In this document: in pieces, positions 18,839-27,979 of the stretch
How positions within the stretch are numbered: the first letter of the stretch is position 1
Layout: each line of letters opens with the position of its first letter
Origin: an uncultured Planctomycetia bacterium
GTDB taxonomy: Bacteria > Omnitrophota > Gorgyraeia > JABMRG01
DNA length: 64,000 nt
Direction: 5' to 3'
Assembly: GCA_964634945.1 (NCBI GenBank)
Contig: CAZWMG010000003.1
Span: 37,861 to 101,860, forward strand
The notes under the pieces: generated by a model
Told to the model about the DNA's origin: nothing
Databases searched by the model: none
What the model saw: only the letters and a program-made list of their open reading frames with translations
Position numbers and translations under genes: made by a program

Positions 18839-21063
18839 ATCCTGATACCAAAATTTGGTTTATATTTAAAAACGACTCTATGCCTTCCCGCTTTTACGAA
18901 TACGCCCTGCACAAGCCCGTTAATCTCCAATAAATCATCTCTTTCACCATCAATAGATACTGACCAGCCGGGATAATAATTTTCAGAAAATATTAAAAAA
19001 CCATTCTTTCTAGCATCTATGTCCACTTCGCAATAACCATCCGTATATTCTACTAACTTAACATCGCAGGCTTTACTTGAAGTAATAGTCCCTTCTATGT
19101 CAGTTGTAAAGAAAACCCTTGGAAGGTAATTATTGAGCTCATAAAGAAATAAGCTTTCATCCCGGACAATCGGTTTAAGAAAACCATAATCCAATTCTCC
19201 CACAGATACTACATACTTAACATTTAGCAGTCTGAGATCCTGATACTTGTTCACAAGAGAATCTTTTGAAGGTTTTAAAACGCCTAAGGCATTATCAACC
19301 GCCTCCAGGCCAAAGAGACGCGTAACGTAGGACTCCTCAGCAAGCGGAGTATAGGCAGCCACACTATCAATATTAGCCAGAATATTCGTATTAGGCATTG
19401 CCCAATTTGACAGCTTCTCATCCGTTAAATCAAAAGGCAGCACCCTAAAGAGTCCATTATCTGTGCTTAAAACTGATAACGCACTGCTCTCTCTTGGTTT
19501 AGCAAAACTAAAGCTTATATTATTGGTAAATCCTGTTCCGTAAAAGCTGTAAACATATAGGTCAATAAATATCAGACAAAAAATCGGTATCTTAAGCCTG
19601 CTTACCTTACCCGGATTTTTATATATATAAATACACGCAAGTAAAACAATAACAACCATTGCCAAAGAAAAGATAATAAAAAAGTCATTTAAGGATACGC
19701 TTTCAACGATTGACTGATATATGCCCTTTATCCTACCCATATAACTATCCAGGCTGTATCTGTGATGCGGCTTACCGTAAATGTATTTCAATATATAGCT
19801 CCGCGATAAAGCTAATATCTGATCCTTAAAGATAATCAAAAAAACCTTTGACGCGAAAAACATAGCTATAAAAGACGCTAAAATTATACCTAAAACTTTT
19901 GTCACGACTTTTATGTGTTTGTTGTTACGCTCTATAAAAAACCTGCTAAAGCCTACGCCTGATATAATAGACACGCAGAATATCGTAAAGAAGAGAAACT
20001 TTGACGGGTTTCTGAAACTGTAAAATCCCGTTACCTTAAGCATTAAAACATATAATGGGTTATACTTTCCTAGCGCCGCGAGAAAAGCAAGAAGACCTAT
20101 AGCTATGAGCACTTTTATAGCACGGTTCTTTCTATGGCATATAACTCCATAAAGAAGGAAAATTAGGCTAAATACTCCTATAAAAAGCCTCTGGCCTAAA
20201 AAGCTCAACCATTTAGGATAAATAATATTAAACAAGGATATCGGTGAAAATGACTTCCATAACGCGAAGCCTAAAGTTGAAGACGTTCTCGCGGTTGCCT
20301 GCGCGAGATTATAGGTAAGTAAAAGCTGCGGCATAGCGATAACAATCGCTAGCAGAGAAAAAACAAAAATCGCTAAAATGCTCTTTTTTAGAGCTATACG
20401 CTTAAGGTAAAGACTGTATGCCATATAAATTAAATAAAAACCAAACGAATATGCCGCCAATTGTATAAAGCCCGCTAAAAATTGCATACCAACTACAGCA
20501 CCGGCTATAAGAATATAAAAAAGCTTTTTGGTGCTTATGAAATATTCAAAAAGAAGCAAAACAAGCGGAAACCAGATAAGTGTTCTTAAGGTAACAACAT
20601 TGTAAAAAGCGCCCGCATAAGCACTGCCAAAACAGAACAATAAAGCGGCAAGAGATCCTCCCCACTGATCAGCGCCGACTTTTCTTGAATAGGCGTATGA
20701 AAAACACCCTGCCAACACGAAGTGGAGTATAATAGAATAATTATAAGCAAATTTAAATGGCAACAAAAAAAACATCACTATATTTAAAGGATAAAACCCG
20801 CCTACCTGCCCTTCCGCCATTAAGGGAAACCCGCTATGAAAATACCTGCACCAAAAAGGAAAGCAGAAATTCTTAATAGACTCTGCATACACCTTGAGCC
20901 AAGGATAGAACTGGGCAAGAAAATCACCTTTAAGCATAGCCTCCTTCATGAGGATCTGCTTACCCAAAAAAACAAACATAGTGAGGGTAAAGAAAATCAC
21001 AAAACCATAATTATGCCTTAATATTGTTTTTACACGACTAGCTATTGTTAACTTTTTACACAT
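18835..21063 (-). CDS. YfhO-family polytopic membrane protein (GT-C glycosyltransferase)
   Basis: 742 aa. The N-terminal DFLAQFYPW...GFPLMAEGQVGGFYPLNIVMFFLLP fits the YfhO family pattern. More than 12 TM helices and a large C-terminal extracytoplasmic domain. Confidence 0.55.
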   Translation of the reverse strand: MCKKLTIASRVKTILRHNYGFVIFFTLTMFVFLGKQILMKEAMLKGDFLAQFYPWLKVYAESIKNFCFPFWCRYFHSGFPLMAEGQVGGFYPLNIVMFFLLPFKFAYNYSIILHFVLAGCFSYAYSRKVGADQWGGSLAALLFCFGSAYAGAFYNVVTLRTLIWFPLVLLLFEYFISTKKLFYILIAGAVVGMQFLAGFIQLAAYSFGFYLIYMAYSLYLKRIALKKSILAIFVFSLLAIVIAMPQLLLTYNLAQATARTSSTLGFALWKSFSPISLFNIIYPKWLSFLGQRLFIGVFSLIFLLYGVICHRKNRAIKVLIAIGLLAFLAALGKYNPLYVLMLKVTGFYSFRNPSKFLFFTIFCVSIISGVGFSRFFIERNNKHIKVVTKVLGIILASFIAMFFASKVFLIIFKDQILALSRSYILKYIYGKPHHRYSLDSYMGRIKGIYQSIVESVSLNDFFIIFSLAMVVIVLLACIYIYKNPGKVSRLKIPIFCLIFIDLYVYSFYGTGFTNNISFSFAKPRESSALSVLSTDNGLFRVLPFDLTDEKLSNWAMPNTNILANIDSVAAYTPLAEESYVTRLFGLEAVDNALGVLKPSKDSLVNKYQDLRLLNVKYVVSVGELDYGFLKPIVRDESLFLYELNNYLPRVFFTTDIEGTITSSKACDVKLVEYTDGYCEVDIDARKNGFLIFSENYYPGWSVSIDGERDDLLEINGLVQGVFVKAGRHRVVFKYKPNFGIRI

Positions 21064-21074
21064 AATATTTCGTA

Positions 21075-22478
21075 TTAACCTTTCTGCAAAACTACCGAGA
21101 ATATTCTTTTAAACAAGAATTTGACTTGCGTCCAGGTTCTTATGCTTGATAAAAACCTAAAAAATATACTTGGCCTTAAGTAAAAAGAGAGTGTAGCTCT
21201 CTTCTGAAGGTCTTTCATCTCTTGCGAACTTATCAAACCTGCTGACCATGAAACCTTATCATAATTAAATGTATTCCAATTAAGCTCACCTAATTTGCCC
21301 TCGGTTTTTAATTTATCGTATATGGGCGTTCCTGGATATGGCTTAAATATATTAAACGAGGCATAGGTCAATGGAAGTTTTTGAGAAAACAAAATAGTCT
21401 TTTCTACATCATCCGCTGTCTCTGTCGGGTATCCTATTATGAAAAAACCCATAGTATTTATGCCTACTTCATTAATCAATCTTACTTTTTCATATACGCT
21501 CTCTAGTGTCTGCGCCTTTTTCATATCATCCAATATCCTCTGGCTTCCGGATTCTATGCCCAGGCTAAAAGAATAGCAGCCCGCTTCTTTCATCTTCTCA
21601 AGCAGCTCTCTATCCAGAGTATTCAGGCGCACCCCCTGGGGAAGTGCCCAGTGAAGCTTAAAAGGCAACTCTTTTATTTTCGAACAAACCTCTAAGACAT
21701 AATCTTTTTTCAATGTAAAATTATCATCCTCAAAATGAACTTCACTAACGCCAAAATTATCATGCAGATATATTATCTCGCTTAAAAGATTGCTAACGCT
21801 TCTGTATCGTAATTTTCTGCCTGTAACCAGCTTGCCACAGCAAAAGCTACATTCAAAAGGGCAGCCCCGCGTAGCCATAATAGGCGCTGTTGGGAAACTC
21901 TTCAACATAAAACCCTGAGGCGCCGGGGGATAATCATTAGGATCCAGCAGGTCCCACGCGGGGAAGGCTAAACTATCCAGGTCGTCACAGATACTTCTTT
22001 GATTTACAACAACAGACTCTTTATTGCGCCAGACAAGATTATCTATCCCCTCTAATGTCTCATCACTTAAGCGTCCTTGGGCGATAACCTGTACAAGCCT
22101 TGAAAGCGGTGCTTCACCTTCGCCGTAAATAACAAAATCCATCTTATCCATATAATCTAGGGTCTGTTTTGGGTTACATGAAGGATGCGGCCCGCCTGCT
22201 ATGGTTATTATCTCTTTATCGAGCCCCTTTATAAGCGCTGTAAGCTCTTTTACATTATCCAGATCTTTTGTAAATATCTTAAAACCCACTATATCAGGAC
22301 CGGTCTCTTTGATATATCTCAATAAGGCAGCATTATCCATATTCTTATTTACGCAATCAATGATATCCGTCTCATAGCCTTCTTTGCGTAACATGCTGCC
22401 GAGATAACCCAAGCCGATATCCGGTGTTATCTGATATGCCTTGCTAAAAGGTAAAACCAGCAATACTCTCATAATCAA
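21075..22478 (-). CDS. B12-binding domain radical SAM protein, paralogue 3
   Basis: 467 aa. MIMRVLLVLP...LGLGYLGSML B12-binding region and GCPFECSFCC. Confidence 0.8.
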   Translation of the reverse strand: MIMRVLLVLPFSKAYQITPDIGLGYLGSMLRKEGYETDIIDCVNKNMDNAALLRYIKETGPDIVGFKIFTKDLDNVKELTALIKGLDKEIITIAGGPHPSCNPKQTLDYMDKMDFVIYGEGEAPLSRLVQVIAQGRLSDETLEGIDNLVWRNKESVVVNQRSICDDLDSLAFPAWDLLDPNDYPPAPQGFMLKSFPTAPIMATRGCPFECSFCCGKLVTGRKLRYRSVSNLLSEIIYLHDNFGVSEVHFEDDNFTLKKDYVLEVCSKIKELPFKLHWALPQGVRLNTLDRELLEKMKEAGCYSFSLGIESGSQRILDDMKKAQTLESVYEKVRLINEVGINTMGFFIIGYPTETADDVEKTILFSQKLPLTYASFNIFKPYPGTPIYDKLKTEGKLGELNWNTFNYDKVSWSAGLISSQEMKDLQKRATLSFYLRPSIFFRFLSSIRTWTQVKFLFKRIFSVVLQKG

Positions 22479-23497
22479 TTCAGCCTTATCTCTTTAATAA
22501 AAGTTTTAATATCGCGTATATTCTTTACTGAAACGCCTAAGAATGTCTTTTGCCACAAAAAATCACACTCTGCGCACATAGCTACAGACTTGTACTCTTT
22601 ATCGCGAATCTTTTTTCGTAATGACCGCATCTTTTCAGAATTCCACGCATCCGATAATGAAATATCCTTAATATTGCCTAATGGGTATTCCTCAAAAAAA
22701 TTGACACAACATGGGACAATTGTTCCATCCCATAAAATAGTAAGCGTAAACCAAAGATAAGGACACGGAAGATACTTTACCTTCAAAAAACTGCTCTTTA
22801 CCTCTCCGCTATAAGCATAATCCGAACCCGTTATATCTTGATCTATCTTACCCCCAAAGCGGTGAGGTTTTATTATCCTAAAATCGCTGATAGGCAGGCC
22901 TTTAAATCTCATCGTAAAATCGGCTCTTTGTCTTTTATTTGACGCGCTTGCCTCAGTCTCTATCACCTGAATAAGCGTGTAGGGTTTTCTGGATCCAATC
23001 TCCTTTTTTGCATCTAAAAAACCTAATATATTTGACCGCGTCTTTTCATACTCTCCGCCTTTTCTTATTTTTTCATAAGCTGACTTTGTATAACCATCAA
23101 AAGAAAAAGATATAAAATCCAGGCCTGATCTTATAATCTCTTCAGCCTTGGCCCTGTCAAGGAGCGTAGCGTTGGTCTCAAGCCTTATTCTTAAGCCCCT
23201 TGATTTCGCGTAACGTATCATCTCAGGCAGGCCTTTATGCAATAACGACTCGCCTCGCATGAAAAGATTTATATCCATAACAGAACCGCTTGCCTGATCT
23301 ATTATATTTCTATAGGTATCTAACGACATAAAACCTACGGGCAGCCGCTCTTTCATAACCCTGTTTGGACAGATCGGGCAGCTTAGATTGCAGGAATTTG
23401 TAGGCTCGATCCATAACCGTGTAGGCATAGACTGACAATTAATATCTCTTCTTCTGTATTGCGAAAAAGTTTTGTAGATTCTGCCTATCTTAGTCAA
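22475..23497 (-). CDS. radical SAM protein with C-terminal SPASM/twitch-type auxiliary cluster domain
   Basis: 340 aa. The CNLSCPICP radical SAM triad near the N-terminus and a C-terminal Cys-rich region (CCVNFF...CAECDF). Its ATGA overlap with the upstream B12-rSAM suggests translational coupling. Confidence 0.7.
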   Translation of the reverse strand: MTKIGRIYKTFSQYRRRDINCQSMPTRLWIEPTNSCNLSCPICPNRVMKERLPVGFMSLDTYRNIIDQASGSVMDINLFMRGESLLHKGLPEMIRYAKSRGLRIRLETNATLLDRAKAEEIIRSGLDFISFSFDGYTKSAYEKIRKGGEYEKTRSNILGFLDAKKEIGSRKPYTLIQVIETEASASNKRQRADFTMRFKGLPISDFRIIKPHRFGGKIDQDITGSDYAYSGEVKSSFLKVKYLPCPYLWFTLTILWDGTIVPCCVNFFEEYPLGNIKDISLSDAWNSEKMRSLRKKIRDKEYKSVAMCAECDFLWQKTFLGVSVKNIRDIKTFIKEIRLN

Positions 23498-23504
23498 TCT
23501 CTTT

Positions 23505-25217
23505 CTATCTCCTTTTGTACAGTATCAATATGGGCCCTGATCTTTTACGTGTTAATATATTTTCACTCGCGAATCCCGCGGCGGTTGGCGAAAAAAAACT
23601 CACCTTATTCATGCCTGTCTTGTTGTCTTTGAACGGGTTAAAAACCTTGGACACTTTGTAGTGCTGATTCAGGGCATTGTAAAACTTTCCTTCAAGCTTA
23701 AATTCCGGATATGGTTTCCATGCAAAAACATAACTTATATCCTCGTTTAGCAGGCTCATCGCATCCATATCAAGGGCCGGGTAACCACTGAAAATATCCT
23801 GGCCCAGCGAGCCGGACTCATAGATGTAATAAGGCCGATATCTAGCAACATTGGTTTTCGCTAATCGCAGCATCAATTCAATCTTCTTGGCTCTCGCGGA
23901 TGATAAGGCCTCCGCGGAGTCTAAATATTCTCTCTTATCCCTAATCTGGTCGATCGTGGGCTTAAGTTGCGGAGAAAAAAAAGTATGCGTCATCGCTATT
24001 TTTTCTCCCTCAGGGACATTCTCTTCTACATATTCGCTTGCCTCTCTCCTTGTATCTGTACTGCTAAAGAGATAATCCGTATATACGCTCATTAAGAGAG
24101 GCTGCAATAAAGCAATAACAGCAATAACATAGAGCAGGGATCTTCTCTTCTTGTATATACCGCCAATGGTTGCGCATCCTACTCCGGAGAATATCGCCAA
24201 TAAGGGGATTATGGGAATTATGTAGCGCTCATGAGGTTGGCCACAATATACTATTGAAACATAATAAACAGCTAAAAATGATATTAGTATAATAGCCTTG
24301 TTTCTATACTTATAAAGAGCGAATATTGTACCTACAGCAACCAATATAACCTGGGCAAGCCCCATACCCCCTACAATAGAATGTCTCAGGTGATGATAAT
24401 AACCTGTAAAACCCACTACCGAGGCCTGTGCCCTAAATGTAGTTAAAAAACCCTTAATATCTAACAATAGAAAAGGGTTGTATAGAAAGAATATCACCAA
24501 AAACGCAGCTACACAATATGCGATCCTAATATCAAAAATTATACTCCTTAAAGAGCGTCCCTCTTCTTTTGTTTTGAGTATATGAGCGCAAAGAATCGGA
24601 ACAACCAATATAACGGCATTATACTTAAATGCCGTCGCTATCGCCGCCATGATACCCGATATTATATAATCTCTGATTCGTGCCTTATCGTAAATATTAT
24701 AAATCCAGAGAAATGACAATGATATAAAAAGCGCCATTGGTATATCATGCCACGCGTAATGGCTGTTCCTAACATGCAGAAAATTTACAGATAAAAAAAG
24801 AGCTGATAGCATCCCGACTCTTTTGGAAAAACAGCGCTTGCCTAACAGATAGGCAGGTATTATGGTAAGCGAACCCATAATAGCGCCTGTTGTTATTCTA
24901 GCTATGATATAAAAACTAGTTGGATTATTTAGAAAAAGCCTGACAAAATCCATGGTATTACTAAACATGCCCATGCATAGACCAATTATATAATAAAGCC
25001 CGAACTCTAAAAGCAGTAAATAATACAACAGAGCCGGCTTCCAAAACGCGTGCGGATTAAGATCCCCCTGCCCCATGGCCATAGCCATATTTATAGCTGT
25101 GGGTTCATCAGCATGAAAGAGATCCGGCAGTCCAAAACCTATACCCCAGACTCTGAGTACAAAACCAATCAGGATTATCGCGAAAAGCATATAAAAGCTC
25201 TGCCTGTTTTTAGTCAT
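23505..25217 (-). CDS. PMT/ArnT-like GT-C membrane glycosyltransferase (DE motif)
   Basis: 570 aa. The first loop LFHADEPT carries the DE motif. More than 10 TM helices and a C-terminal soluble domain. Confidence 0.6.
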   Translation of the reverse strand: MTKNRQSFYMLFAIILIGFVLRVWGIGFGLPDLFHADEPTAINMAMAMGQGDLNPHAFWKPALLYYLLLLEFGLYYIIGLCMGMFSNTMDFVRLFLNNPTSFYIIARITTGAIMGSLTIIPAYLLGKRCFSKRVGMLSALFLSVNFLHVRNSHYAWHDIPMALFISLSFLWIYNIYDKARIRDYIISGIMAAIATAFKYNAVILVVPILCAHILKTKEEGRSLRSIIFDIRIAYCVAAFLVIFFLYNPFLLLDIKGFLTTFRAQASVVGFTGYYHHLRHSIVGGMGLAQVILVAVGTIFALYKYRNKAIILISFLAVYYVSIVYCGQPHERYIIPIIPLLAIFSGVGCATIGGIYKKRRSLLYVIAVIALLQPLLMSVYTDYLFSSTDTRREASEYVEENVPEGEKIAMTHTFFSPQLKPTIDQIRDKREYLDSAEALSSARAKKIELMLRLAKTNVARYRPYYIYESGSLGQDIFSGYPALDMDAMSLLNEDISYVFAWKPYPEFKLEGKFYNALNQHYKVSKVFNPFKDNKTGMNKVSFFSPTAAGFASENILTRKRSGPILILYKRR

Positions 25218-26514
25218 TGTTTCCCAATATGGCTGTTATATCTTTAGCCAGTTTGATGCTGGAATTCAACCCTCTGTCCTCAGGATATATCTGTGCCATT
25301 GTAGCGAGATAGAGGCCATCTACAGGGGTATTAAACTTTGGTATGTTATTCTGATAACCAACCTCGACAATAGGCTGCGCGAAAATATCCCTGAAGAGAA
25401 ACGCACTCTTTATGCAACGCGGGTCAAAGCCCGGAAATACGCTCTGGATAGAATTCTCATAATCACTTATAAGCTCCGCACGATTTAAGCCATACTCTTT
25501 ATCTGTTTTGGATAGATAGTTTGACAGATATACAATGTGTGAGCCATCGTAATGCTTCGGGCTGATAAGCCTGGTATGTTCCAATACGCCCCCAAAAGGT
25601 ATGTTAGTATCCGCGATATTGAGCCAATAAAATTCACTTAGGCTTCTATCCAATTCAAGGATAAGGCACGCTATAGCTCTATATTCAATGCTCCGTAGGG
25701 ACGAGAGGTATTTTTCAGGCATATTATTCGCGATCTCTAAGAATTGTGGGATCGCGGTCGTCACTACCACCTTATCAAACTTAAAATTATTATCCTCAGT
25801 AAATACGCTCATGCACAGTGAATCGGAGGATCTTTCTATTTTTATTATCTCATTGCTATGATAGATCCTTGACCCATAAAAGGATATCTTATTTTCCAGC
25901 TCAGTAATCAAAGACTGAAAACTGCCATCAAGATAACCCAATTCCTCATAGCCGCATCTGCTTGTTCTTGTATTTCCACGCAGCCTTAGTCTGTAACAGA
26001 ACCATGCCGCAGACACCTTATCATGATTAGCGCCAAACTTTATTCTAAGAAGCGGCTCCCATATTATTCTGTAGGCACGTTCTCCCGCGTATTTTTTTAA
26101 CCAAACCGCTACAGGTACATCCTGTAGTTTTTTCCAGTCAGCGTATTTCTGAAGATAGAGCGTTGTTAATCCAAAACGCAACTTATCTTTTAAGCTAAGC
26201 GGCTTAAAGCTTAAAAGATCTGAAGGTATGCTAAATGGATATGTAACGCCGTTATAGTAAAGCCCCATCTGTGACCGGTTCCATGAAAGTTTTTTACTTA
26301 AACCAATCTCATCAATAAGACCCACAGCATGCTTGTCCCCAGCGAAAAGATGGTGGTAATATTTGTCGAGCCACGTATCACCAAGTTTAAAACCACCTGC
26401 CATGCCCCCTGCTTGCGGGTCTTTTCCAAAAAGCGTTACTTCGTGGCCTTGTTTGGATAAAAAATACCCGCAACAGAGACCTATTATACCCGTACCTACA
26501 ATACCTATTTTCAT
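25210..26514 (-). CDS. FAD/NAD(P)-binding oxidoreductase (amine-oxidase/PPOX-like Rossmann fold)
   Basis: 434 aa. MKIGIVGTGIIGLCCGYFL...GG is a GxGxxG dinucleotide-binding start followed by GG. The length fits the flavin amine-oxidase/protoporphyrinogen-oxidase-like family. No match to the Glf motifs I recall. Confidence 0.6.
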   Translation of the reverse strand: MKIGIVGTGIIGLCCGYFLSKQGHEVTLFGKDPQAGGMAGGFKLGDTWLDKYYHHLFAGDKHAVGLIDEIGLSKKLSWNRSQMGLYYNGVTYPFSIPSDLLSFKPLSLKDKLRFGLTTLYLQKYADWKKLQDVPVAVWLKKYAGERAYRIIWEPLLRIKFGANHDKVSAAWFCYRLRLRGNTRTSRCGYEELGYLDGSFQSLITELENKISFYGSRIYHSNEIIKIERSSDSLCMSVFTEDNNFKFDKVVVTTAIPQFLEIANNMPEKYLSSLRSIEYRAIACLILELDRSLSEFYWLNIADTNIPFGGVLEHTRLISPKHYDGSHIVYLSNYLSKTDKEYGLNRAELISDYENSIQSVFPGFDPRCIKSAFLFRDIFAQPIVEVGYQNNIPKFNTPVDGLYLATMAQIYPEDRGLNSSIKLAKDITAILGNND

Positions 26515-27224
26515 ATCTTCTTACTCCCATAAAACAAGTTGCCCATCCAAAGAGTGGCAAATTCACGTATAGCATATAATATCACCTTGAAATTACCCCC
26601 TGTTGAATCTCCATGCAGCCTTGCCTTATGTTTGAGGGGCACCTGTCTTATGACAAGGCCTCTTTTCTTGGCTTTATATAGCAGCTCCGTATCTATGAGC
26701 GCGCCATTGCACGTAAGAGAGATCTTTTCAAAGACCCTTCTTTTATATAATTTAAATCCGCAATCTATATCTTTAACGCGTAATCCAAAAAACAGCGCTA
26801 TGCTTGTATTAAATATAAAAGCATTTATTCGGCGCTTTAAGCTGTCTCTGCGACTTACTCTATAACCGGCAACTATATCGGCATCACCTATAACCTTGAA
26901 AAGTTCGGAAACTTCTGGAAAATCAAACTGATTATCAGCCGGAAACAACACTATATAATCGTAAATAGCATTTTTAAATCCTGTCCTTATGGCAGCTCCA
27001 TACCCTCTGTTTTTCGCGTGTGAAATAATACGCAAGCCCCTGTATTGGCTCTTTAGTGTTTCAACGATATCTTTAGTATCATCACAGCTGCCGTCATCAA
27101 TAACCACAATCTCCCATTTATCGCATAGATCTACCAGCGCATCGGCAACCAAACATACCGTCTCTTTGATATTTTGAGATTCATTATATGCCGGCATTAC
27201 AACAGATATTGACTCATACCGCAT
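26511..27224 (-). CDS. GT2 polyprenol-phosphate sugar synthase-like glycosyltransferase (Dpm1/GtrB/ArnC type)
   Basis: 237 aa. ISVVMPAYNESQNI...IVVIDDGSCDDT. Confidence 0.7.
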   Translation of the reverse strand: MRYESISVVMPAYNESQNIKETVCLVADALVDLCDKWEIVVIDDGSCDDTKDIVETLKSQYRGLRIISHAKNRGYGAAIRTGFKNAIYDYIVLFPADNQFDFPEVSELFKVIGDADIVAGYRVSRRDSLKRRINAFIFNTSIALFFGLRVKDIDCGFKLYKRRVFEKISLTCNGALIDTELLYKAKKRGLVIRQVPLKHKARLHGDSTGGNFKVILYAIREFATLWMGNLFYGSKKI

Positions 27225-27256
27225 TATTGAAATTTCCTTTCTTATATCAGACTGCG

Positions 27257-27979
27257 TTAACTGTGCAATGCCCTGACTCTGATAATATCTAAGAACATAC
27301 GCACTGAACTGTCAAATAATTTAACTCTGCTCTGGGGTGAATTAATCCAAACAATGGGCATCTCTTTAATACTTTGCCCTTTCAAACGTGCAAGGTAAAG
27401 CATCTCTACATCAAAGGCAAAACCATCTATTCGCATCTGCGCGGCTATCTCTCGTGCCGGGATCCCCTTAAATAGCTTAAAGCCGCATTGAGTATCAATA
27501 ATACCCTTGAGAGCAAAAACCCCCACCAAGATATTAAAGATCTTACCCATATACTCTCTATAAAAAGGCTGGTGTTCTTTTATCTGCGCGCCTTTTATGC
27601 TGCGTGAACCGATAGCTATATCAAAGCCTTCATTCAATGCCGAGAATAACTTTTCCACTTCTCCGATAGGGGTAGATAAATCAGCATCACTAAAGAGCAC
27701 GTAATCCCCCTTAGACGCCATGATCCCTCTTTTTACTGAATATCCTTTTCCGCGGTTTCGTTGATTTTTTAAGATGCGCAATTTGCCTGTTTTGCTTAAG
27801 GGGGTATCCGTAGCTACTTTTATAGTACTATCAGTAGAACCATCGTCAACTAAAAATACTTCATAGGTATAGCCTCTAGAATTGCAATAAGAATGTATCT
27901 TACTTAATGCAAGCGGAAGCCTCTCCTGTTCATTAAAAGCCGGAATTATTATTGATAAATGTATATTCTTACTCATCAT
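27257..27979 (-). CDS. GT2 polyprenol-phosphate sugar synthase-like glycosyltransferase (Dpm1/GtrB/ArnC type)
   Basis: 240 aa. LSIIIPAFNEQERL...VFLVDDGSTDST...SDADLSTP. By eye about 50% identical to the plus-strand paralogue at 34903-35625. Confidence 0.7.
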   Translation of the reverse strand: MMSKNIHLSIIIPAFNEQERLPLALSKIHSYCNSRGYTYEVFLVDDGSTDSTIKVATDTPLSKTGKLRILKNQRNRGKGYSVKRGIMASKGDYVLFSDADLSTPIGEVEKLFSALNEGFDIAIGSRSIKGAQIKEHQPFYREYMGKIFNILVGVFALKGIIDTQCGFKLFKGIPAREIAAQMRIDGFAFDVEMLYLARLKGQSIKEMPIVWINSPQSRVKLFDSSVRMFLDIIRVRALHS

